Shown: piece by piece, positions 36,862 to 50,304 of the stretch
Numbering within the stretch: position 1 is the first letter of the stretch
How the letters are laid out: each line of letters starts with the position of its first letter
From: Squalus acanthias
Taxonomy: Eukaryota
Direction of reading: 5' to 3'
Assembly (NCBI GenBank): GCA_030390025.1
Contig: CM059425.1
Location: forward strand, 153,636,001-153,700,000
DNA length: 64,000 nt
Translations under genes and position numbers: made by a program
Notes under the pieces: generated by a model
Seen by the model: only the letters and a program-made list of their open reading frames with translations
The model's database searches: none
Told to the model about the DNA's origin: nothing

Positions 36862-37293
36862 TAAGCTCTTTTTTAAGGCGCAAGAGCATTAGTTGGCACA
36901 TTTACATTTATGTAGAAACTGACTCGTGTACACCAATGAAACTCATAAATGGTTCTGTATGGTTTCTTAAAGTAATTTTCAGTTATTTAAAATCAGGTTA
37001 CTCACAGGTGGTGGTCTAGACACTTTTATTAAAAATGCTTATTTTTTGTGATAAACCCATTTCAGCTGTATTAATAAAACTGCACCAGGTTACCATACAT
37101 CAAGGAATATTTTTTAATGTAAGGAAAAATAATTATGTGCTATTACGTTGCCCAATTACACTGGTTCATGGAAGACTTTACCTTTGGCAATATGCAAATG
37201 AATTTGAGCGGAAACTTGAACCATAACTATTGCAATTTCAAGTGCAATTTGCGCCTGGATTGCCGATTGTGCCCGAAGAGGAAACTATACCCC
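36862..37293. mobile_element. Harbinger MITE, partial (inverted relative of 15712-17066)
   Basis: Colinear reverse complement; ends GAAACTATACCCC. Confidence 0.8.
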
Positions 37294-38015
37294 GACATCT
37301 ATTGCATTCTCTCTATTTAGCCAATCAGTTATTTAAAAAAAAAACTCTATTAAATTTGTCAAACATGATTAGTATAGGCTAAATGTGCCCTGCCTGTATT
37401 TGATTAGATTGACTACCCTCCAGTCTCCTAGTTTTATTATATGCCTTCCTTTTAAGTTTCAGTTTAGTTTTAATCTCTTTATTTATCCAGAGAACTCTAT
37501 CCTTTGATACACCTTTTTTTGCATTATGAATTAAAATGATTTGTTTTTGCAAACACACTTCTTTGTTATAGATTTTAATATGACATTATTGTTTGACAGG
37601 AGAACAAGCAAATAAGACTTAATGGGGATTGACCCATAAAGCCCAGGAATGTGCTTGGTACCATCTATTTCTAGAATACTTGTAGTGCTTGCTCTGTTTT
37701 TCGACCTTGAGGTATATAAACTCCTGAGCTTCATATTCCACTGATTAAAAGAATATGGCAGGACTCGTGAGTATCATGTGAAATTCCTTTTGACTGAACT
37801 TTATGCCTCCAGCACACTGCCTGGATGTTTTCATTCAGAAAATTATTTGGTGGAAGTCTTGATGATATTAGACATTCTTTTCTGTGCTTTTTTTGGAGCA
37901 CAAAACCATATTGTAAAATCCGTTTGCGACTGACTGCAACTTGTTCTGTGTATCTTGTGGTCAGTATTCTCAGGTGCTGGGCAGCCAAACCAGAAAGGTT
38001 TGTTTTAGTTTGGTA

Positions 38016-38151
38016 CCGGTGAGCTCCATGTTAAACTTGCGGGCTGCTGCAAGCCTGCGCTTGCTCCTCCTCTCGGTTGCAACCCCACCGGACTCTCATT
38101 GCCCCTGGTGAGTTGCCTCTGGGGCTGCGATTGGCACCTGGAGCTCACCGG
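38016..38151. mobile_element. Putative 136-bp TA-flanked MITE
   Basis: TA|CCGGTGAGCTCCA ... TGGAGCTCACCGG|TA, perfect inverted ends. Confidence 0.5.
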
Positions 38152-38681
38152 TAATAAACAAATGAGGCCGGTGGACCCATTTCACATGGTCCTGCCACCG
38201 AGCTCTTCTACACCATGATGTGCAGTTGTCTCCCTCAACTTTGTATATAGAGCTTTGGAGAAATAACGCACTGATCCAACTGTACCATGACTTCACACAG
38301 GACCCTCTTCAGCTAAGACCAGCTCAGTTCATGCATTCTGACAACACATCTGGAACTGTATACTTGAAACTTACACATTCTTGGACCTAGTTTTGTTCAT
38401 CTCTGCAGTTAAGGTATTTTATACAAATTAAAGTTGTTTTGTTACAATGAAAAGAAAATCCTTGTCCTATTTTTCATAGATTCTGTAAATATTACAACAA
38501 TACCAATATCATTTAATCTGAGGAGGCAATGTCCAATTCTCTTTCAGACAATAAAAAAAAGAGAATCGTCTTTTGACTTAATTCAGTAGTAATAGATATA
38601 GATGTAATAAAATATTGCAAAGGCAGTGAGAGTGGTATATGATGGTCTGGTACATTGATAAAGTGCAGTATAATGGAATAG

Positions 38682-38846
38682 TTAGACCTGAGTTGACTTG
38701 TGATTCCCCAAACACTGATTTCCTGATCTTGACTGTCTTTTTAGGAAGAAGTGCCAAGTGTCAAATCTGTTGGGAGATCGTTCTATAGAAGGATTGGCAG
38801 ATACTTGGGAAAGATCAGGGAATGGTGGATGTTGCAGGGGGAACCT
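38682..38846 (-). CDS. Possible terminal exon of an unidentified - strand gene (...FPLQHPPFPDLSQV...NHKSTQV*)
   Basis: Strong acceptor TTTTTTGTTTTGCTTTCTGTTTAG|G and an open frame to TAA; no recognised homology. Confidence 0.25.
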   Translation of the reverse strand, partial: RFPLQHPPFPDLSQVSANPSIERSPNRFDTWHFFLKRQSRSGNQCLGNHKSTQV

Positions 38847-40553
38847 AAACAGAAAGCAAAACAAAAAATCATGGAAAAGACTTGTCATATATCTATCATG
38901 AATTATGACTGTTCCACACTCTGATATAAACCATTGTGCATCATTACTACTGCAAGATCCATTATTTCTATTGCTGTAATTCTCCTTTCTGGTATTCACC
39001 TCTAGTAACAAATAGATTCCAATTCCCTTTTGGCACACTTATAGTGTTCCTAACTGTTTGTAGACCAGTACAAGCACACTGCACAGAGATAATTCCTCTG
39101 ATCAGGCAAAGCAGAATTTCACACATGTATACTTAAAAGCATGCAGAGTGCTCTGCTCTTTGAACTCCATTGCTGGTGAAATATGTAAGTTGAGATTGTT
39201 GGCTCATTACGCCCCATAACACTTGACCTCGGCCCATAATGGACAAAATTGATGGTGCAGGAAACTCTTGGCAGAAAGGTGGGCGCTTCATTACCATATA
39301 AAACTGAAGGTTAGATGACATCAAAAAGTTGTCCCTGCTATCTCCTGGTACTACACCAGAGGTAGAATCATTTATCAGCAAGCCCATGTACAAGGGATGT
39401 CCAGGATTTGGATATGGAATAAGTATTAAAAGGACAGGAGAAAATGAATTACTGGTTTTCAAGAATCCTTTGTAAGAATTTTTGTGCATTTTTAATACAT
39501 TTTCCCCAGTAATTGCGAAGACTTTGGCACTGCCATATTTTGATTAAGTCTTGAAATGTGGTGAGTGGTTTTTACTGTGGTGTTCCCACTATTTTTATGC
39601 TTTCAGGAGGAAGAAAAGGAGGAGCAATGGAGGATGCTGGAAGGTAAGGTTGCATCACCGCAGGACTAGATCCACCTGATGTGACCCTCTCACTGCAGAC
39701 AGAATATGATTTCAGGTGCAAAATGGAGAAAATAATATCAATTTCACCGTGCCAACACCCTTGCCTGAACTACATTGGAAGTACGTCCAACACCATATTG
39801 GTTTGGGTGATATTGAGATGTCTCTGAAACAGGTGTGTGGCCCCTTGTGTATGCTAATGAGACCCCTAACGGCTGTTTTATGATTCCGCACTGGAATTCG
39901 GCAAAACTGAACTCCAGGAATGCTTCGCTTAATTTTTCGGGTTCTTCTGTGGCATAACCAGCTGTTGTTAAAGGGACTTCTGGAGGCTCTCTGGCTCCAT
40001 AACAATGCTGTGGGCCGCTACTGGCCAGGCACGCCCACCTCCCATTTGCCTCCCCTCCTCCTACCTGAGGCCCGCTGCCATCAGAACCAGCTCAAATTAG
40101 TGTGGTTCAAACCGGCGAGCTGTCTCTGGATGTTCAATTGGTATCCGCAACTTGCCAGAATTGTGGAGATGAGGTCCAATGCCCAATTTGGCGGAGTCAT
40201 GGACCTCCGACTTCTGGGGAGTGTATCGAATGTGTCACTGATCTTGCACCTGAAACGGGGCCATAACCAATTTATATTTGAACCTCAGGCTAATCTGTTC
40301 ATCTGAACTCTCTGGCTCCGCTCCATTGTGTGTATCCTCCAAGTCATTGTTTTTCTTCCGAAAATGTATCATCTCACACTTGTCACTTGTTTCCCAGTCC
40401 ACTAATGTTTTTCTGAGATCTTTACACCCCTTTTCGCTGTTTGTCAAACTCTCTACTTTTGTGTCATTGGCAAATTTCAATACCATAGTAAACATCTATT
40501 TTTTTTCCAATTTCCAGAAATTGAAATCGCCTTTAAACTGGAAAATAACATAA

Positions 40554-40867
40554 GGCAGAGAAATTGACTTTACAGTATGTTACATTAGTTCAGCTCAGTA
40601 TTGTTCCAATTAGTTCTAGATTTACCTTTAAGCCATGGAGAGGTAGGAAAGCTTGTATTGGATATCAGGCGAGCACCTGATGGGGATAATATTGACTTTT
40701 TGAGATAGTGTAAAATGGGCAATAGCGAATTGGCAGCCCGTTTTACATCTCTCCCAATTATTACTTCCTTTGAAGTCAAAGAAAATAAAAATCGAGAGAG
40801 AGATGTAAAATGGGCTGTTGACTTGTATTGCCCGTTTTATACTATTGCATAAAGTCAAGTCTACCCA
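40554..40867. mobile_element. Old Harbinger-type MITE
   Basis: Imperfect TIRs GGCAGAGAAATTGACTTTA / TAAAGTCAAGTCTACCC. Confidence 0.5.
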
Positions 40868-41829
40868 TCAGAGTTAGATTGTGACGAGTGTGAAGCTGGG
40901 TGGTGTGAAGAGCATCTCTCCAGGTAGTCTCATATTGATAGTAAAACAATGACCTCATGTTAGTTTGGCACAGTTTTACTGCAATTATTCTGCTCGCCGT
41001 TCATTAATGCAATGTGAAAACCATTGTGCACTGACACGAGGCATGCAATCGAGCTGCTCAGTTAGATGTTATTTGCAAGCTGTAAAGGGTCACAGAACAC
41101 AAGAGGATTAGTACAATGACAATATATTGGGATCATTATTCAAATTAATACAATTGTGAAGAAATGTCAGTACCACTAAATGGTAATCAATTCACTGTTC
41201 TCTACTCCAACTTCCAAGCCTTCAAAAATTAACTGATTTGAAAAGAAATGCTTTCAACAGACTGCATGAGTTGTCCAATTAAAAAGAGCGTAGCTGTACA
41301 ATACTGAAAGGAAGACATGGCTTCACAATGTCTAGCTGAGGATATCCTTTCCAGCTGTTCACTAGTTTTTAGTCAGAATAGTTATTAGGTGTTATGTTTC
41401 ACATGTGGAAAGAAGTGCTGTTGGCATAAAGTTGTCCACACTTTTAATAAAATTTCAAAACCCTTGACTCCAATCTATACGGAACTTGGAACTAATAAGA
41501 AGAACACATCCAATAAATTATGTGATTAAATCTAATTTGCATGGGCACATTATGGTAATTTGAAACAGGTTGTTGTGCTCTATATATCTTTATTAAACCT
41601 CCAGGGTTGATTTCTGTTATGCTAAATAGGAAAGCATGTTACCGTAGCATTTTAATTAGACCAAATTTGCATACACAGATGAGGTAAACTACCATATTCT
41701 CTATAATTTATGTTGCAAATGGTTGCTACTGAAGTAAAGTACCATAATGTTACTATATTTAATTGTTTTGTTTGGAGCTGTTTTTCTCCCCGATCCTCAA
41801 ATATACCTCCTGTATTCTACTACTCTTCT

Positions 41830-42137
41830 CCAGTTCTCCAATTCTGGCCACTTGCGCATCCCCGATTTTAATCGCTCCACCATTGGCGGCCGTACCATCG
41901 GCTGCCTAGGCCCTAAGCTCTGGAATTCCCTCCATAAACCTCTCCGCCTCTCTAGCTCTCTCTCCTCCTTTAAGACACTCCTTAAAACTTACCTCTTTGA
42001 CCAAGCTTTTGGTCACCTGTCCTAACATCTCCTTATGTTGCTCAGTGTCAAATTTTGTTTAATAATGCTCCTGTGAAGAGTCTTGGGATGTTTACTATGT
42101 TAAAGAGACTATATAAATACAAGTTGTTGTTGTTGTT
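41830..42137 (+). mobile_element. L2 LINE 3' end
   Basis: GGRTIGCLGPKLWNSL...FKTLLKTYLF; tail CTATATAAATACAAG(TTG)n. Confidence 0.88.
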
Positions 42138-43076
42138 AGGAGGGCTGGACAGATTGATCTATCTCCCGGTTAGTGCCAATCACAGAGTAGCTGCTAGGAA
42201 ACGGGGAGTTTTCTTTCTCTCCCTATGTCTTAATACCTCATCTCCACCCAGCTGAGATTGGCAATTCACTGACTGGGGAAGCCTAGGTATGAACATTTTC
42301 ATACAGTTCCGTGCTATGATAAACTCACACCAATCACTTCATACTTGATGAAAGACTGATTTATCTGAAGATACCTTTATGAAACAATTTGCTGCTGCAT
42401 GGCACTGTAGTCTTGAGGGGAAAACACCACTGCTTATAAACACAGAAATATCTCAGCTTCTTCAGCAAAAGAATGTTTTTTGAAAAGTTCAAAGGTACTA
42501 TCAGTTTGAAACATCATAATTGCATAAGTACTCCTGTGGGGAATTCAGACTGTTTGATTGACGAACATAATCTGAGATTTTGTCCTACAATCAGACAGCC
42601 TGAACTATATATACGCACATACACACTCTCCCACGCACCAGAACTGAGATGTTAAACATGTCAATGCGGTGACTGTGGCTTATGCCTTTACTTATCATAT
42701 TACAAAAAAATTATATTTCTGACAGTTTGTTCCATCATAAACATTTATATTTACACTGGAACACAGAAATTATTTAATATGCAATTGTGTTGTGCATTTA
42801 TGTAGTTTAATCTACTTTTAGTACTGTTATTATTTGCACTTGGTAGTGTTGAAGGTGCAATTGTTCAACCACCGATAGAATAGGAAACGCCTGGGTTCAT
42901 TTTCCATGTTAAAATATGCAATTTTTTAATGGCACGAATCAGAGATTCCAGCACTTGTGGCTTTACTAACAACATTAAGTACATATACACATAGTACATT
43001 TTCATTTCCTGCAGTCTTCGGAAGCCACACAAGTAGGTGGTGACATAATTTTTCTGCTCTATGTAACTGTGCCATA

Positions 43077-43719
43077 GGCAGAAAAATTACATCTTTCTAT
43101 GAAAAGGTGATGAACTTCCGCATCTGCCAATTTCTCATAACTTCAAGAAATGTCCCTCGCCAGCTCGCTGGTGAAGAGGATTTAAATTTCGGACCAGCAG
43201 CGGCCTTCAGGTAGGTCATGGAAGTGGGTGTGCTGGGGGCGATCAGGAGGGGGGTTAGGCAATTGGGAAGGGGCTGAGTGGGGGCTGCCAATAGTCTTTA
43301 GGTCTGCTGTGGATCTGAGAGCTGCAGTCCTGCTCCTCTCGGCTCCACATTCAGATAAATATATTTTTTTAAACTTATGTTTTCGGTGGTGTCCTCCAGC
43401 GGTCCTCTTAAGACTGCTGGTTCGGCCGCATGTAGACTGGGTATCCTCAATTCAGCAGGTCTGACTCTGGCTGCTTTCAGGGCAGCCCAATTTCAAGAAG
43501 CACCCTGAAACAAAAGTTAGGCCCCCTATTTGCTTATATAAAGGGCCTAACGCCTATTTCAGATGTGGCCCTGGATGCCTATACTTCAGCCTTTACCAAT
43601 ATGGCGGGCAGCACACCTCCAGCACAGAATGTGTGTGTGCACGCTGCACATCATATTGCAAGCTTAAGTGCCCATTTTACGCCTGTAAAACAAGCGTGGC
43701 GTCAGCAAATTTCTTGGCC
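43077..43719. mobile_element. Degenerate Harbinger MITE
   Basis: Ends GGCAGAAAAATT / AATTTCTTGGCC; shared internal motifs. Confidence 0.6.
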
Positions 43720-45299
43720 ATTGTCTACAGCAGCAAAGCATCAAATTTAACTGCAGAATCAGTCTTGTAGCAAATTGTTGTGCAAAACGATAACAGGTCT
43801 GCATAATGTGAATAGCATCATTAAAAGATCTTATGGAGTTAGGAATGTTACTTCAGGTTTGATAACTCATGAAGTTGAGCTCCTGATCTCAACTGAGCTG
43901 CTGTGGCAATGTGGTGAGTGGAAATTGGAGGATTCCCCAGAAGGGTAAAGGGAAAATCTGAAGTCAAGTCAACATATGGACACCACTATTCCTGACCTCA
44001 GCCCAGGAACTCCCCTACTCTCTACCCTCAGCACAAATACTTTACGCTTCCAGGTGCTAAATAACAGGAAACCAACCCCAATCCTTGCTTCAACTCAAAT
44101 TGGTCTTTATGTCTTGACCCATCCCTGTTCTAGGTACCACTGCATCTGACTGCTCTGCTCACATCCATGTGATTCATTCCTCAATATGCTATTCCAGTCC
44201 CCAACCCTTAGCCTGGACTACCCATGAGCAACAACACAGGATATCTACTAGAATATTAAAAAAATAGTCTCACCTCTAGAAATAAATCCACAGGGCTATA
44301 TATTTTTTAGTTCGTCTATAAAGATTGTTTGTGCAGATCTGAGTCTGCCTGAAAACTTTGCAGTGTGGCAAGCTCAAGGGTAATCGAAGTGTAAGAAATA
44401 TCCTTTGATCGCCATAGATTACCATCTCCAGGGATCACCGTGCAATATAATTCACAGCAATATAATTCTGCTTCATTTTGCCTCCTCAGGAAATTTTATA
44501 AATAATTTCTGCTCTGGATTCTTCCCTCTAGTCTGACTTTCCACCTGACTTGAGTTTCCATTTCAAATACAGAGTACTATCCATTGCTATTTCATGGTTT
44601 CTTTGAGGAAATTAAAATAGTGTTTTTTTTGTGGTGAGCCTCTTTTATTTTCTACCTTTTTCACTACAAGTGCAATAATTACAATTCAGAAGAAGTAAAA
44701 CAGCAATAATTCATTAGCATGATACACATGGGCACATAAAGAGACTTCCTCTCACACCTCACCACACTCCCAAATGAATTTTGAAAATAAAGTATCCACA
44801 TTAGCTGATGTGTGTAAAATAGGATAATATGGTGCTGAGAATGAAATACAAGGCAGTAATTTTATCAAGCAATTCTAGGCTACCATAAATCATGAGAGCA
44901 TAGCTTGAGTGATTTATGAATGTCAACAAAACCTAGTGATGAAATACTGCTACAAAGGAATGGTGCACTGATTCAACATGTTACTGTGACAACCTATAGT
45001 ACAACAATGGAAAGACACAAGCTTGATGATATTCCCCTCTCCACTCTGCTGTTTCCAATCTTAGCCAGAATGTTTTGGGGACAAACAAAAGGCAACCAGC
45101 TGCTTCCCTACAGTGAAAAGGGAAAATTAGAGGGAGGATCATTAATGGTCATTTTCATGTGCCTTCCAGAAACAGACATTTCACAGAAGACTGAAGGCCC
45201 TGTGACATTCAGTGAAAGGAAAATGAGATAAAAAAAGAATTTCATGCCTTTAAAAAAGATTTTGTATTTCACTTCATTGCTATATATAAGTTAGAATTT

Positions 45300-46290
45300 G
45301 AAACAATGTGTTCTCAGAATGTAGGTGATTCTGGCAAAGCCCCATTTATTGCTCATCTCTAGTTGTCTTGAGAAGATAGTGGTGGTCCTTCTCCTTGAAT
45401 CGCTGCAGTCCTTGTGGTGATGGTGCTCCACTGTGGTATTAGGGAGGGAATTGCAGAATTCTGACCCAGCAGGAACAGAGATGTATGCCAAGTCAGGATG
45501 GCATGTGACTTGAAGGGGAACTTGGAGGTGACGGTGTTCCCACAACATTGCTTCTCTTGTTCTCCCTGGTGGTAGAGGTTGCAAGGTTGGGAGATGCTGT
45601 TGAAGTAACCTTGGTGAGTTTCTGCAGTAGATCATAGATACTGCAGCCACAGTGCGACAATGGTGGGGGAGATGGATATTGAGTCCATTGGCAGGGGTAC
45701 CAATCAAGTGAACTGCTCTGTCCTGGATGATGTCAAACTTCTTGAGTGTTGTTGCAGCCTCACCCATTCAGGTGAGTATTCCATTACACTTCTGACAATC
45801 CTTGTAGGTGGGTGAGTGGCTTTGAATGGTCAGGAGGTGAGCCACTCATCTCTGAGTACGGAGCCTCTGTCCTGCTGTTGTAGCCACAGTATTGATATGG
45901 CCAATATGTTCAGTTAGCTCCTGGTCAATGCTGAGGACTCCCAGGGCCTCTTCCACCCAACTCTGCCTCCACCTCTGGTGGGTCTATCTTGTCGGTGGGA
46001 CAGGACATACCCAGGGATGGTGATGGAGGAATCTTGGATGTTGACAGAGAGATATAATTCTGCGAATATGACTATGTCAGGTTGTTGCTTAAATAGACTG
46101 TGGGATAGTTATTCCAACTTGGCCACAGCCCCCAGATGTTAGTGATGAGGACTTCTCAGGGTTGAAATTGCCTTAGTCTCATTCTAGTACGTTGCCTGGG
46201 TCGTTCCCAATAGGTCGGTCTGATTTTCTTATTGAACTTCGTAGCAAATGTTTACAACTGGGGGGATTGCTAGTCCACTTCAGAGGGTAA
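45300..46290 (-). mobile_element. Internally deleted copy of the SINE-headed LINE (5' part and APE start fused to RT end and tail)
   Basis: 45300-45930 matches 31787-32440 (reverse complement); 45924-46290 matches 63060-63459 (reverse complement); shared GTCAATG at the junction. Confidence 0.8.
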
Positions 46291-47079
46291 ATTCTGGCCA
46301 GCCTCACTTTAGTCATCTTTCTCAAGCCAGAGAGGTGTTTTTTTTCTCTTCTGCTCCCTTGACTTATGGACATGGGAGACAGCATTGACTCAATCAGTCA
46401 TCTCCTGCCATGCTAGTTGCACAGAGAACTATTCTATGATTCTATGATTCTATGGGCTCCCCACAGCCTCAACTATGACAACACACCTCTGCTGAAGCTG
46501 TTCCAAGAGACAATCCAAACTATCTTCATCAAAGGGGACAGTTCTGGTTATGTTTCTTTGCCATCTTCCAATCCTGTCCTTGAAGATTTACTGCAGTCAA
46601 AAATGGATCCTTTTAGTTTGATCAACAGCCCTTTAAAAGCTGTTGCTCTGCAGATATCCTGTCCCCTGTCATATTCTGATCAAACGCATAAGCTTACTTA
46701 AGCACGTCAGCTGAACATTCTAGTAATATGAAGTCTCACAGTAGTATCGTGGTCTTGGAGCAATTTCAGCCAGAATCACTGAATTGGCTCCATAGTTTAT
46801 CTTCTGAATGCAACTCATGAGTACAGAAGGTGAGTGAATTTTGTAGATTACCAAGTATTCTATTTTTACAATCAATGTGAATGTGAAGTAAAATTTGATG
46901 AACATTTCATTTTAATGTTGGATAAATATCATGGAACTTTTAACTCCAGATGATTTGGTTACCACCATAAAGGGCACTGTCACCCTTCAAAAGTGTCCTG
47001 CCAATCTCCATTAATTTGGCAGTGCACAATGTCATGACAGAATTCACACTTGTCATTGTGACTGTGTAAAAAAGTTAAA

Positions 47080-47838
47080 GGGCTGGATTTTGTCTTGGGG
47101 TCAGGTTGGGGTCGTGTCATCCGCATTTCGTGTTATCCACCCGCCTGAAATTGGATGTGGGAGATTGATGCAATTTTCACTTAATTGGGCAATTGAGATC
47201 CAGCATGACCCATGAACCAATTAGTGGTTTCAGTCTGAAAGTTGCCTCTGATGATGTCATCATTGTAGGTCAGAGACTGCCTGGTCTGGTCTCAGAGATT
47301 GCCTGGCCTTTGCTGTGAGAGGACCTGGATGCAAAATGCTGCAGGGAGAGAGAGAGAGAGGAAGAGAGAGAGAGAGAGAGAGAGATTTTTCCATCCAGGT
47401 CCTCCAAAGGCCCCAGCAGTCTCTGAAGACATTCAATGCAGCAGCATCAGAGGCGACTTTCAGACCTAATGCTACTACTACCTTCATCACATCTCCGTTG
47501 TAATAGTGGACCTGCAGCTGATAGTCAACTATCCACTTGTGCTCCCGCCAGGTTTCACTGGCGTGTTTCACATCAGGCGTGCTTCACATCAGAAAAGGGT
47601 TAAACTAGCTAAAACATTTCAAAATGGCATTACAGAGCCAATTTAGGGCTTGTTAAGGGCTTTAATGGCCTCTCCCACCTCTTGGAGCTGGGACGGAGTC
47701 AGGAACACCGCACACAATTTTATCAAAATTGCGTGGAGGCGGGTTGGAGGCGGGATGGGATCGGGACCCCCGAATCTGCAACTTTAACCCCCCACATGCC
47801 TCCAAACCCGACTCCACGGGTCATTGAAAATCCAGCCC
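47080..47838. mobile_element. Harbinger MITE with internal (GA)n
   Basis: AAA TSD; perfect 12-bp TIR GGGCTGGATTTT. Confidence 0.9.
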
Positions 47839-48304
47839 AAACTGTTTATAAAATATGAAATATGAAGAAGTAAGATGGTTCCAAACAACACATTTATTGT
47901 AATATGAACTTTCTTAATTGACAAAATGGCAGTTTTAAAATGGAAATTTTGCAGCAGGATATTCCATTAATCTAGTCCAAAATCACCATAACAAAGCTAG
48001 ATGTCTCTAAAAGTTCTTATCAGCTGGAAGTAAAGAAAGAAACCCTGGAGAACAACAACAATAGCTTGTATTTATATAAGGACAGGTAAAACAACCATAC
48101 ATTTTGATAACTTGTCATGGATTTTATTTAAGTTTCTAGCTCCCTGGCTTTTTAACATTCTGCATATAATAACAATATAACTTCAGTGCAGGCTTTCTAC
48201 CAACTGCTGGTGACAGGGACTCTTACCCTCTCCTTCGTTTCTCAATTGGTGATTTTGAAATGCTGTTATTCGTACAGTGCTAATGAGTCATGGAAATAGA
48301 TATT

Positions 48305-48550
48305 CAGCTTATATATTTATTTATTTATATAATACACATATATATAAAGATAGATAGATAGATAATTAGACAGATAATATACAAATATATACAAATATAA
48401 ATACATATATAGCTAGAAAGATATATATATATATTGACATAGGAATAATATCTATATATAAATAGATAGACAGATAATGTGCAGATATATCTATATCTAT
48501 ATATCTAGATAGACATACAGATAATATATATCGATATACATAGATACATG
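48305..48550. repeat. (TA)/(GATA) low-complexity tract
   Basis: Direct reading. Confidence 0.85.
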
Positions 48551-48954
48551 TACATTCACACAGGGAGTACTACCTCAGCTGGTACCAGGATCAAGGCGTG
48601 GAAGTTTAGACCTAATGCTCACAACTGAATAAATTGTGCTAATGGGAGACGATTCATTAACCAAAATGTATTGAACTGACTATAATCCCACACAAGTGAT
48701 TTAATAACCTTTATTATGCTGCTCATGTGATGGACTCAATCCACTGCACAAAGAAGATTATTCCAAGTCCATAAAATAAATTCAATTGAATAACAATATA
48801 ACCAGGATGATATCCTGAGCTGTTTGACTACCATATTGGAAATATTCTGTTCAAAATATTTGTGCTTTTATGATATAAAGCATATTTTAACAGTCGCTGA
48901 GGACCCAAGGGAATGGTCCCCAGCATAAGGCTTATTTGAAGCTCTTAACCATTG

Positions 48955-49600
48955 ATAGAATTTTAAACTGCCCAGTTAAACTGGAGTGAAGGACTTACCC
49001 ACTGGCTTCCCAACCTGACTTACCTACTGGCTTCCCGGCTGACTGAAAGTTTAAATTGCAGACAGGCAGGGCCCTTCTTTAAATATGCAGATTGAGCTCC
49101 GATGGCATCAAGGGCTGACTGCAAAATTAACCTGAGGGCAGAGTGAGAAAACATTGGTGACTTTGCTGGCAGGCTAAAGCTGTTGGGAAGTGGATCCAGA
49201 ACCAGTGGAGGCCCAGAAGAGTACATTTTAAAAATTATTTTTGTATCCTTGTGGGCCAGGAAGAGCAGGAGTGCTCCTCCAGGCCCCACAAGCAAACCTT
49301 GAAATTGCCCTGCCCCAGATTTCTATCCTCCTGTCCTGACCATGATCCCTGTCAGATCCTTCTCCTGAAGACTTACCTTAGTGCTGGAAACCATTCCCTC
49401 TGGTCCCTGGTGGCGGATTTGTGCCGCCCAATTTTAACTGCCGGGCAGTTGCTTCCCGCTGACATCCCAAGCCGTTTTGGTTGGGAAGTTGGCCTGCAGC
49501 CTGCTAGTGAGGCCCAGCCATTAAATTGCTCCCCCCCCCCCCACTGCCGCTCCCGGATGGCCCAGCCGCTCGCTGTTTCTGCCCAGGACTTAACTTCAAA
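48955..49600. mobile_element. Degenerate Harbinger MITE
   Basis: GTGGGCCAGGAAGAGCAGGAGTGCTCC and ACTTACCT motifs. Confidence 0.55.
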
Positions 49601-50304
49601 CTACATGAGTCACTGGACACTGGTATATTGTAAAATTATTATTTTTAATGATTTCTATGTTTAACTCTGGATGCTGCATGCTCCAGTATTCAATTGAAAG
49701 ACAGTACTGACAATTGCCAAATAATGCAGTAAAATTATTCAACAACTCTTGTTGCATGTAATGGCCAATTGCATCGTATGATATTACATAAAGAGCAATT
49801 AACCCTACAAATTAAATTTACTGAATGTGGAAGCACTATTCTTTCCTTTCCTGATTATTTATATTTATCTCTGGATCTGAACTTCTCAGGTTATTCAGGG
49901 CGTACTTTATTATAATACAACAAGATTTTAGCAGGGGGTATGCTAAAACACAGGAGCCTTGCAAATCTGGGGGCCGCGATATTGGCGGTTATGTTGGCAT
50001 TATGCCCACTGGTGCCCTCTAGTGTTGACCCCGCTGTAGATTGCTGGCTCAGTGGGATGACATCCAATTTCAAGGGCAGGTGGGTGTAGGGGGGAGAAAC
50101 TAGAAAGGGAGTGACAGTTCAGAGCTCGGGTTCTGGGGGGAGGTTTGGCTTGGCGGGCAAGGAAAAGAGGGGAAAGCAGCAGAGGCAGCTATCCATGAGA
50201 TATCCATGAGCTCCTTGCACTTGTTGTTCATACATTGGTGGAGCAAGATTGTCAAGGGACTTAGAAACAAGGATGATTAAATCAATTAGCTGGGACACAG
50301 GGTG

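Noticed and set aside
39590-39650. 37-nt AG...GTAAGG micro-exon (similar purine-rich donor on - at ~3620)
   Set aside because: Both adjoin degenerate Harbinger-like sequence, where such leader-exon donors recur; no partner exon was found.
44920-45231. 103-aa ORF in unique sequence
   Set aside because: No motif or splice context; an ORF of this length is expected by chance in 64 kb.
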